This document shows, piece by piece, positions 13,101 to 23,800 of a stretch of DNA of 64,000 bases. The notes below the pieces were generated by a model. The model saw only the letters and a list, made by a program, of their open reading frames with translations. It had not been told where the DNA came from and ran no database searches. Position numbers and translations under genes: made by a program. This DNA comes from Spirogloea muscicola. Taxonomy: Eukaryota. The stretch covers positions 1,004,332-1,068,331 of the forward strand of contig WELB01000003.1 in assembly GCA_009602725.1 (NCBI GenBank), read 5' to 3'. How positions within the stretch are numbered: the first letter of the stretch is position 1; every line of letters begins with the position of its first letter.

Positions 13101-14273
13101 GACATGGCATCCCATACCGAGACATCTATGAGCTCAGCCAGGAGCCCCACTTGCAAGAAAGGTGCTGCAGGCGTGGGGTGCCTCCAAAGGGGAGCTTGTG
13201 CCAAGAATATGAATTCTTGACGTACATGCCACCACAGCCTGCACAGCCTGCACCCAGGTTTCAAGGAGGCGATGGCAACGCCACCAAGACCGTGAGCGCA
13301 TGCTATAGACGCTGCACAGCTTCAGCACACTTGTGCAGGTCTCAACAGCTTCGCAGTCGGTGCCTTGTCTCCATCAGCTACTCCTGCAAGCAGTGGAGGA
13401 GCTCACCGTGCGCCTGTTGGTGCTCGGTAGTAGCAGCCCCAGGGCAATCTCCTCAGCTGGCCCCTCGTGTGCCCTCAGCACTGTGGCTGTGCCCTTTCAA
13501 CCACACGGTGGAGCCCAATCTCACACTCAGCATCATATCCACAGACTCTATCGAGTCGGGAGTGCTTAAATGGCCAGCACATAATAGAGGGCAGAGAGTA
13601 GCCTTTGTAGGGACAGGGATCGCAACCTCAACTGTCCATGGCATGTCAAAACATGTCTTATCTGGCGATCCTCCTCATTGGGCTGTCTATCGAATGACAA
13701 GCACAGCCTTGGCATTGATGTCCATGCTCGCCACCCGTTGTCCCACCACTGGGCAGGCTTCACTCAGTCCCCTCATTACAGCTGTGCAAAACCCAGAGCG
13801 AGGGCGTGGGCAAGGCTTCAGATCCCTCAAGCATAATCCACATTGCACCATCTCTGAGATGCCACCATGTGGAGCTGTACCAGGGGAGGGAAGTGGCTGG
13901 CATGCATCTTGTGGAGCCAGTAGTCATGCCCGAGTACACTGGTTACAGAATGGTCAAGACAAGCACCTATTCAGCTCCAGGGTACGTGTACAAAATGCTC
14001 ATGCGTTTTGGGCCCACAGCTCACAGAGAGCCTTAAGCTCGACCGAGCACCTAGTCTATGATGGGTGTACAGACCTCCAGAGGAGGGCAAAGAGCAAAAA
14101 GCCCTCTTGCTGTATTACAGCAAGCCAGAGGGAATGTGCAGGCACTAAGCAGCTATGGGCTGCACTCTGGCATCTGCCAGTCCTGTAGCACCCCGGAGGG
14201 GGGCGGAGAGGAGGGGCTGTGCTAGTGGAAAGATCGCTCGCCATGCTGGGGACTTCGCAATATCGGTTCAGGA

Positions 14274-17116
14274 CTAGAGGGCCATCAAGGTGGCAGCAAT
14301 AAGAGCAGTGAAGGCGACGACCATGCTTACGGCCATGCCAGCTGCTGAGCTAGGGGGCGGCCCAGCCGTGACTGGCGTCGAGTCAAGCGTTCTGATCTTC
14401 ACAATGGCATCGTACAGGGAGCCAATGTAACTGATGGCATTGGTGCCATTGGGTATGCGCTCCGTGCCCGTTGCGTCCGGGCTGAAAATGTATCCGGCCG
14501 TGTTCTTCCCCGACCAAAGCAGAGCCTTGGCTTCGGTATTGGTGTTCAACTTGTCCATGACATCGAGGAACTCGTTGATCTCGTCCTCCGCCGCGTTTGG
14601 AGCCACCATGAGGGCATGGGCAACCACGCCGCCAAGGTTGCAGGTTGAATATGCAGTGACGTCGGCACAGCCGCCCTGGAAGCCAGCAGAATGCTCAAAT
14701 TGTCAACCCCAGAGAGGCTATGCTATGTCACTGAGCATTGGGTAACAGGTAGTGGCGCCTGTCAGCCACCTACAGTCCCCTTCATTTGCCATTGCCGATG
14801 CATTGTCGAGCATGAAATGCCTACTTACGGTGGGGCAGACAAGTTTGTATTTGTCAGCCGTTTCGAGGTTGGTCCAGCTAAGGTCAGCCTGAGGCCCGCC
14901 CTTGGAATAGTCGATGGGTATTGTGTGCTTGGTGAAGGACACGTGCTTTGACCCGCCCTCGACCATGCACCGGAAGGACCCGTCATAGTCGTAGAACTTG
15001 AATTGTTCAGAGTGAAGAGATCAGAGTCAGGACGGGCAGCCAACAATTGTGTTGCAATGGTCTCATTGGTGGACATAGCACAATCACCCACTTGGGATCC
15101 AAGAATTGAAGGGTCCATGGACCACACCACGACAAGCAGAGGGGGATAACAGCAACGTTCCCTGCCTGCTGTATATGTGTATCAGAAGACCACCTCACCG
15201 TGTCTGTGCTGTCGCAGTTCTGCTTCACGGTGCAGCCTGAGCAGACTTCCACAAATGAGTCACCAGCTTTGTAGACGTCTTCCACTGCTGCACAGGATGT
15301 TGCAAAAAAAGCCTCCACTGACTGGATGTCAACCTCCTCGCTGCCGTTGCTGCAGAGATAGCCACCGCCCTGGTGATATTAGCCCTGGCCATACCAATCA
15401 AGTGCAGACTGCTGCAGTGGTGATCACTGAGCTCAACGTGGATATCTGCAATCAATGGATGCCAAAGGCTCTGTGCTCCACCAAAGGCCGTGCCAATGAT
15501 ATTCTCCAAAAGCAGTACTCGTGGTGGAGAAGCCATGCTCAGCAAGGAGACAGCCACTACAGGGATGGTGAGGACGTACTTATTGACTATTGGCATAATT
15601 GGGGGGTTGCCGCCAGTCATGTAGCTGACTGGCAGATACCAGCCAGAAGCTCGGTGGTAGCCAGTGTGGCATGAACTCCAGCCCTTGAGGTCTGCAAGCG
15701 TCATGTCCGACCTGTGGAGTGACGAAAATCAGAATGTTGCGTCGGAGGGCCTCTGATTTAAGCAGCCAGTCAAATTAAGACCTTGCGCTGCGGGAAGAGT
15801 GACAGAAATGTACAGATCAGCACCATAGAAGGGTTCACAAAGAAGTAAGCCTGAGGTTGATCGTCAAGCACCGACACCACACATGCAGCAGCTATACAAG
15901 ACCAATCAGGGGCACTCTAAGTCCACTTGGACTAGCTCGCAAACGGCCTGGGTTGGCTCACAGGCTTAGCTTAACAGCTCCTTCCGTCTCAAGCAAGCAA
16001 GTGATTACAGTCTGCTCCTTAGAAGCTGAAGCTCTGCGCTATTGGTCAATGATGGAGAAGAGCTGGCCTACTTGCACTCGTCGGCATGGACGATGGCAAC
16101 GCCGAAGTAAAGCACGCCATTGCCCGGGAGCTTCTCTTTCAGAATGGGGATCATTCCAAAATCTTCATAGGCGTCAAAGATCTCTCCCCCATCCAAAATA
16201 GTGTACTCGGCATCCCCATTGCCGACCTTCTGGATGCAATCATCGTCACCATCACCCTGAACACTGCACTCATAAGGCAACTTCTGCAATCAGTCCAAAA
16301 GCTTGCGCCTGCAAGCGAGACAATAAGAGGGTCTTGATTTAGAGTCGCCAGACAGACAAGCCACCTGTGCCCAGCTAAAGCTGGATCGTCAATATATTCT
16401 GCTTATCTTATTGTTCCTGAGGAAGTCGTACTGTTGCCTGATTCCCAACCAATATTCACAGTCGTGACTGCATTTAGTATTCAAACACATGTTGCAACGT
16501 CTGGTGGACGCGGCAGCAGCCCTTGAGGATCGTACCAGCTCCAGGTGTGCTCGGTGTCGTTGTCGAGCGACTGCAGAATCTTTGTCATCTGGAGGCAGGT
16601 CGCGAATTCCTGCTGGGAGGCGATGCAGAAGCGGCGGTCTGCAGGGCGAAGGACAAACCAGATTTCTCAATAGCCGTCTGCAGCTGCAGATTAACAGAAG
16701 AACGAAGGAGCTGGCGCGACAACGATGGCTGCTGCATTGCAGGAAGACAACACTCCACAAGCGGTATGCGAGCCGCCACCATGCACTTGTGATCGATCGC
16801 ACAGCTTCATCAGAAGCAAAGGACGCAATGCAAAGCTTCACGCGACCTGTCCCGACGCTGTCTACGACTGAACACGTACTCATCATTCGTGCGGCTATCA
16901 GATGTCAGACTCCATCGACGGTGCAACGGAGCTCGGCCAGCAGACGCGCAGGAGAAAGGCGGGCAACGCAGGCGGCTCACGCTCGTTGGTGCCGGGGGCG
17001 TCGCCGTCGTCCTCGGCGCGGGCGCCGGCCAGCAGCAGCGCGGCGACGAGCGCCAGGCCGACGGGGGGGCCAAATTTCCATAGTGTAGCGGCGGCGGGCG
17101 CGCGGCGGGCGGCCAT
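14274..17116 (-). CDS. Single-lobe transferrin-family protein with signal peptide and C-terminal hydrophobic (GPI-like) tail
   Basis: Transferrin motifs in order: DCIQKVGNGDAEYTILDGGEIF; LYFGVAIV; LADLKGWSSCHTGYHRASGWYLPV; VEAFFATSCA; FYDYDGSFRCMVEGGSKHVSFTKH; YKLVCP; CNLGGVVAHALM. N-terminus LALVAALLLAGARA; C-terminus PPPSSAAGMAVSMVVAFTALIAATLMAL*. Confidence 0.88.
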
Positions 17117-17842
17117 GGCGGCGGCNCCGGAGGCCGCCACGGGCCGGGGGCAAGCCGGCTCGGCCGCGCCACGCCGTCCGATCGGCATCCGACGGCTCCT
17201 GGGCCCGCCGAGCCCGGGGCACGTGGAGCCGCCGGATGCTGATCGGACGGTGAGTCGAGGCTGCGGCCCGGCGAGGCAGCAACGCCCCCGGGCGCCCCCT
17301 GCGCCGCCTGCTGCCTCCCCCTTAGGCGCTCAGGATGAGTACGCACTGCTTAATTGTATAAGAGATTTAGTGTACAGTTTAGCGCCATTGGTCACGAAAG
17401 AATGTGCTCGCCCATAGAACAGAGGGGCTGGCAGAAGCCAGCCAAAAAAAACAATGGACAAAAATGAAAGAGCCACAACAGGTGCCGAAAAGAAGGGAAA
17501 CACACAATTTAGCGCCATTGGTTACGGGTGCAGGAAAATTCGTGTATTTGAAACAAACGAAGGCCAAATGGCCAAGTACAAAGGCAAGCACATCTAAGAC
17601 CTATATAACCTGCGGGTGCAGGGGGCTTGACGTGCAGCACCTGCGCACGGGGCAAAAGACTGATGCTGTTGGTTTCCGAGTACAGTCCAACCAACCCTGT
17701 CTCAGGTTATCCTCCACTAGCTCGTACCCTCTATAACGTCATCAAATTCTGGCAGACCGAGTCGGTTTGCCAGCATAAGGATTATAGCCTCCTATACTTC
17801 CATACTTTGTACATGTTTCTCAACATATAAGGTTATACCTAT

Positions 17843-17950
17843 GGACGGACCGTGCAGACGGACCGTGCGGGGGACCGTGCGACGGCGTGCGACTGACGGA
17901 CCGTGCGACGGACCGTGCAACGGCCCGTGCGACGGACCGTGCGGCCTGTA
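17843..17950. repeat. Degenerate ~12-bp tandem repeat (cggaccgtgcga) inside the TA-flanked element
   Basis: About 8 imperfect copies of (c)ggaccgtgc(ga) visible directly. Confidence 0.85.
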
Positions 17951-18005
17951 CCGTTCGTTATATGTCTATCGTTATACAAACCTCCCCAACCGACCGTAGA
18001 ACCTT

Positions 18006-18566
18006 AGGGCCGGGTTACACCGGGGCGGTCGGCCAGAAGCGTTGTGACCGCCGGGTCAAGGCGGTGTCACTGCCACGGAGGCCGAGGCCGCCTGCCCGTG
18101 CCGATGCGTATTTGACTTTCCGTGTATTTGGAGGGGGTTGGTGCCAGCTGTCCCTTCTCGGGCGGGGCCGGGGTGGGGGGGTGGGGTGGTCGGAATCCAG
18201 ACCACCTCGGGAGGTGGTCTGGATTCCGGCCGCCAGCGTGGCAAACGCGCGCGTTTCTTCCTTCAACGCGCCCGAAAGGCGTCCTGGTCAGCGTCCGCTG
18301 TGGCGCCTCCGTGGCGTGCGACCACGACCGGGCTGTCCCCCTTGATGACCTCCAAATCTTCAGTGTTATGCTCCTTCCACTTTACTGCCTGCTGTGTGTA
18401 GCCCCTCTTTTTGTCAACAAATACTAGGCCATCTATTGCATAAGATCTCTTTAAGGTCCTATACATGCAGCTCAGATCTTCCAGCGTTACACCGGCGACG
18501 GTCATTTCATTCAACGCGCGACACGTACCCTCGGCGCGGCCGACCGCCCCGGTGTAACCCGGCCCT
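18006..18566. mobile_element. MITE with perfect 29-bp terminal inverted repeats, PIF/Harbinger(Tourist)-like
   Basis: agggccgggttacaccggggcggtcggcc (18006-18034) is the exact reverse complement of 18538-18566. Taking GGGCC as the terminus, the flanks are tta / ttg (near-TWA duplication). No coding capacity. Confidence 0.75.
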
Positions 18567-20838
18567 TGGACAGGGTTGACTGTACTAACATAGGGCCCTC
18601 CCTTCTCAAGCATTTGGGCCTTTCTCATAGTTTTTGAGGTCGTGTTCACTATGTGCGGGACTGCTTTCCTCCATACAGCTGTGGAAGAAAGAAAGAGCTC
18701 GCCCATAGGAAAGAGGGGCTGGCTTTGCCAGCCCAAAAAGAATGGACAATGTCCAAAGGCAAAGAAAGAGGTGCCGAAAAAGGACTACACTACCAAGCAC
18801 AACAATGCACTAGGGAAGCTCAGTACCCGCGAGTGAGCAGAAGAGACTACTTTCCTAAATTTGATGGAAGTGCTGTTTGTTTAGTTACTTCTGAGCAGGC
18901 ACCTTTGATGGTCGGCACCATTCACCGTCTCCAATTTCTTGTTCATACTTTTGTGGGCTGGCGTGCTGTGTCCCGCCGCCAAGGGCAGCAGAGCGAGCGG
19001 CCCGGCTTCAATACCGTCGGGTTGCTTGCTCAAGTGCACATGATGCGCCTTGCCATTTCCCTGCAGTTGGTAATGTACGTCATCAGGAATGCTTGCCGAT
19101 GTACTTGGCCACTTTGGCCTTCAAGTTTTCAATACACGCAAGCTTTTTTTGAAAGAGCTTACCACTTTTTCTTGCAGCCATCGCTTTTATTCTGGAAGAG
19201 CAAGGAAAAGTACGGACCTCGTCTTTTCTTAGGACCTTGTCAATCTCTTTCTAGCGTCACTGACAGCCGACCCTTATTTCCGGAAGATGGTGTGCATGAT
19301 CTTCATGGCCCCTGCCTCAGACGCTACATTGCTTCATTCATCCTTGTTGGGCTGGCCTTTCACAGCCACTGTACACTGGAAGAGCTGTTGTTATATTTGT
19401 ACTCTGCGCGAGACGGGGCCGGACAGCAAGCGAGCGCGATCGGTGGAGGGTAGGGCCGATCGCTGTGCTCGCCAGCGACGGCGCGCCTCGGCATGGTGGG
19501 CGAGGCGAGGACAAGGCGAAGGCCCCATCATCTCCGATGCCCGCTTCTTGGGTTGGACGAGACGAGTCTGTTGTGCAGAGGTGGTCCATTGAATCCTGCG
19601 CTTAGCATTGCGACCTGGGCCGCCACGGGGCTCACTCACATTCGACGACTCGCATTGCCTTGCAGCTGTCGCGGCTGCTGCCGGCAGTGTCGGTAGCGAT
19701 GCTGCAGTGGCTGCCTCTGGCTGGACCTGCCAGCAGGAGGGCAGGTCCTGGGATCACTGGCTGGCCGATCACACCTGGCTTTCGCACCAACTGTGCGCGT
19801 TCTACACAGCAGTTCCGCTCGATAAGGCCGAGCACTCCTTTGCTGGAGTCATCTCACGCAGTTCTGCAGCCAGATGGGTCAGCAGCTTCATCTCATATCA
19901 GGCTCAATCTCAAAGTGGGTGGCTTAGGTAGTGGATCTGGTGCCATCACACGGCCATGCACGCAAGTATGTGGGCTATGAGATGACATGACCCATCACTG
20001 ATTGGCTGGCTCAGGTACTGCTCAGCAGTTTTCAATCCACGACTCATACTGCTATTGATGTGCACAAACCAGCACGTAGACAATGATAAGGGTGGTGATA
20101 TAACCAGCGGCTCTTGCTAGGTCACATATCCAGGCATCTGAATTGCAGCCCAACAAAGTGGCTGTCAGGCTCTTGTCCAGCCACAGCCAGCTCACTATCC
20201 TCCTAACGCTGCCTTCTTGCAGTTGCTACTGCTTGACTACGCGCGTGACACAAGGAGCATTTGAGCATTAAGTAAACAGCACACGTTCGGAAGCCAACTG
20301 GAGCAGCTTGTTACAATGAGGTGTATGAAACACTTGGCACTCTGCTGATGCAGGATAACACGCGTTGCAGCATATAGGAAACCTAAGCGAAGGTCGCCAG
20401 GTGGAGGTCGCAGCACTCAGTAAGGGGCCATGGCAGCGGGACCAGCAACTCATGTCCGACGGGCTTTACTGTGCACCATTGCGACATCGTTGGCACAGCC
20501 AAACCCCAGAGCAGCAGGAACTCTTACTAGCCACTCAAGGTTGACAGAGGAAGACTGGGCTAGCTGGACTTGACTGCTTCGACAAGCAATGCACAATTAT
20601 GCAGAGATACAGCAGATCTGCAACCCACATCCTAAGGAACCAGAAGTATGCTAGCTGAACCTGTCCACTTGTAATGTCCACACCCACCACAGCACACACA
20701 ATACCCCACTGTCAGCAAGAAAAGAATATGCGCTCGCCTGTGTAGCAGCGCCTCCACAAGAGCCAGGCCGAAATGAATAAGCTGCACGAGGAGATAACAA
20801 GCGTGCCCAGATCTGGGCGGGCATGGCGCCTTCCTTTT

Positions 20839-23800
20839 TCAATCGACACCATTCTCGCCCTTTTTATTCCTGAACGAATCTCGCAGTGCTACAAATCGCT
20901 TGTAGCACTGGTTCTTGTTCTTCCCAGGAACAGCTGCAGCTATCCGCTCCCATCTAGCAGTCGTGTCCTTGGGGAAGGCCTGGCAGCAGGACCACTTTCC
21001 ATTAGCATACTGCCCAAAGCCAGCAAGCTGTGCAGCAGCAGACCTGCAGCATCAGCAGTTACTGTGGGCGACTTACTTTAAGAGCCTTGACAAGCGCCAC
21101 CTCCTGCCCTTCAGACCAAGCTTCCAAGTCGACTGGGCTCCCATTGGCCATGCTCTTGGTCATGAGTACCTCATTCAGGCCGTTTTCAGCCTCGGTGGTG
21201 GCATGTTCTGCACCATCTTTCCCAATTTTGTGGTCTTCACCTGCCGTCCCATTAGCAGTAACTGCTGTGCTGGCTTGAACGTCCTCGTCACGCGCACTCA
21301 GAGGCGAACTGATGGTGGCAGGCGGTTTCCGCTTCTGGACAAAGGTCTCAAAAGCCTTGCTGTCATCCGGTTTCTGGACGTGGCCCAAGCAACAAAAAGT
21401 CAATCTCAGAACCATCATACATTGTATGCACATTGTCACCCAAAGAACGCTCAAGAAGACCAAGACGGAGTAGACTGTTTCCACGGGCAACAAGCTGTGG
21501 GCATTCATCCCTGTTAAGATGGACGAGACAAGGAGCTCCAAAGACCAAGAAGGAGTCTAGCAATTGCATTCTAGGCATGCTTGACAAAATGTACGCCAAG
21601 CCTGAGAGCTATCCCCAATCTACGCTGCCAGGAACATCCATGCAGTCAGGGCTTGTCAATGCCACGAAGTAAGACCCCGAGCTTCACTGTAAGAAGCTAG
21701 AGAACCCCTACGCAACAAACATATATTATAAGGAGCCAAGGTTGTTAGAGGGCTCCCTGGATAATTGCTTATGGACCCTACCTGCAAGAGGACTGTCTTG
21801 ATTGCTCTCAAAATTTCATCCACAGAACGATTGGTTCCAAGGTAACTACCAACCACCTCCCATCGCTGCACCACCTCATTGACAATGACAAGTATGCAGT
21901 CAGGCCTCCTTCCGCAGCTTACCATTCTTATGGAATGGACTGCTATATGCAAAATTGCTGTGTGCAGCAAGCTAAGGCACCTACGTCTCCAATCAACGGC
22001 CACAGTAAAACTCAGACATCATGGTTATCAAGTGTGGAGCAATGCTCAGCAGGAACCAAATACAACGACTGAGCGCTAATGACTTCAACCAACAAAGGAC
22101 ACCTGAAGCAGACCTGAGAGGTTCCCTTTGGATACTTGAGCAGCGCCTTGCGAAGCAGCTCCACTTCCTCCTTGCCCCACGGCCTCTCCTTCTTACTTTC
22201 CTTCTCAAAAACGTTGCTCTTGCCACTCCCACCCTCACCGGCTGCAGCCCCGTTGCCATTGCTCGCCGGCTGCGCAGCCTCTGCAGGAGCTGAAGCCCCG
22301 GCCTCTTTGCGGCTGCCATCTGTCGGAGTGGCAGCCTCCTCCTGAGGAAGGAAATCGTCCCAGTTTCCCAACTTCAGGCACGCAAGGGCGGCCTGCAGGG
22401 CCGCTGCTTGCTGGTCCTGTCCCTCGGCCTTCTCTACGGTCTCGCATATCCAGCGAAGCTGCGTCAGGTCGCAACCCTGCACAGGCCATCCATGGGGCTC
22501 ATTCAGAGAGGCAACCCCACGACCAGCCTTCGATGTGTCTCAAAGGTTCAACTAATACTTGGTCAGGCCAGTATGCTCAAGCTGCTAGTATTTGCTGCTA
22601 CTTGTAAGTTGCTGATCCCAACGCAGATACAGCTACAGTATCTGTATGTAAAGCTACAGTATCTGTATTTGAGGCAGACTGCTGTGCTTGCCTAGTGGGT
22701 CACATTTACTGTGTATGTCAGACATGGTGGTCACTGGCTGGACATGCTCTTCTACAAAGACATTCTTCTGCTCTTTGCCATTTCAATAGCCATCTGCTAT
22801 TCGCCCACCAGTGGTTGCAAGGACCCAAATGCTCTGCCTTACCATGCAGATTGACTCCACGTCGTCATCAGGGACTCCATGATTCCGCTTGGCAAGATCT
22901 GCAGCTATGCAGTCTGCCGCCGCTAATCTCAACCTGCTCGCAGAGCACCACAAGCAAGCCCTCAGGGGTGTGGAGAATTTCAACCATTCGACATCACATT
23001 TTGACCTTTGATACCACCTTAATTGCTTGTAAAAGATTGTGCACTTGTGTTCGATGTGCGCGTGATGCCTAGGTCACACAAACCCATCAATGCAACTTCT
23101 GATAGCTAAACAAAATCAACATTGCTTTAAGACTTTCGTGCACACAACACCTACTGTATGTGCACATGATGCCTGGGTCCTACAACACCAACAATGCATA
23201 CCTTGAGCGCTCCTTCCGTATCAGCTTCTTCTCCTTCTCCCTCACTTTTTTCTGACGCAGAGGAATGCAAAGTTCACAGGTGAGAACCTCCAGAGGTGCA
23301 AGATGAAAGCATCCCACAATTGCACTATATTGCAACTTTCAAGCAAGTCTGAAGCATGCTCTGCCATGGACGTACTAAATTGTTGCTCATTACAGCCAAG
23401 CAAAATTGCTGACAATTTGTGAGTCAAGAAGTCGAAGCAAGCGCACCTGCTCAGCAGCCTCAAGAGCAGCCCGCTTGTCTTCCTCCCGCTTCCGCTCCTT
23501 CTCCTCCTCTACTGCTCTCAGAGCAGCCTCCTCCTGCTCCTTCTTGGCCTGCTGCTTTGCATGCTTCCTTGCCTGCTTCTCAGCCTTCTCATCATCTTTC
23601 CGTTTCTGTATTCGAGGGTCCTTCCTGTCCACAACACAGCCAACTACAGGCATCAGCGACATAGTGTAACGCTGCCCACATCAGTCATGCACCTCTGCTG
23701 CATGCTTCGGCTGAGGTGCAGATGCAGTTAACTCGTGTTCCATGGTGTCCAAGTCAAGTATGTGACAAGATCAATGACACCACCCTTGCAGCAACAGCAA

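Larger units (their letters stand above)
17683..18582. mobile_element. Non-autonomous Tc1/mariner(pogo)-like element with TA target-site duplication, interrupted in its right TIR by a second MITE
   Basis: Left end TA|cagtccaaccaaccctgtctcaggtt (17681-17708). The right end, after removing the inner MITE, reads aacctt..gacagggttgactg|TA (18001-18005 + 18568-18584), the reverse complement apart from a short caac duplication. CAGT termini flanked by TA. Confidence 0.6.

Noticed and set aside
13151..14188. 345-aa ORF between RING1 and the transferrin gene
   Set aside because: No ATG start, no recognisable domain and atypical composition. Small exon-like pieces at ~13259 and ~13339 might belong to the RING1 3' end but cannot be resolved.
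18653..19453. 266-aa ORF as a possible transposase
   Set aside because: No DDE, HUH or RT motif recognisable; lies in decayed repeat sequence.
19493..19931. Possible small spliced gene on the + strand
   Set aside because: Splice-like signals exist but no recognisable protein, so it cannot be supported.
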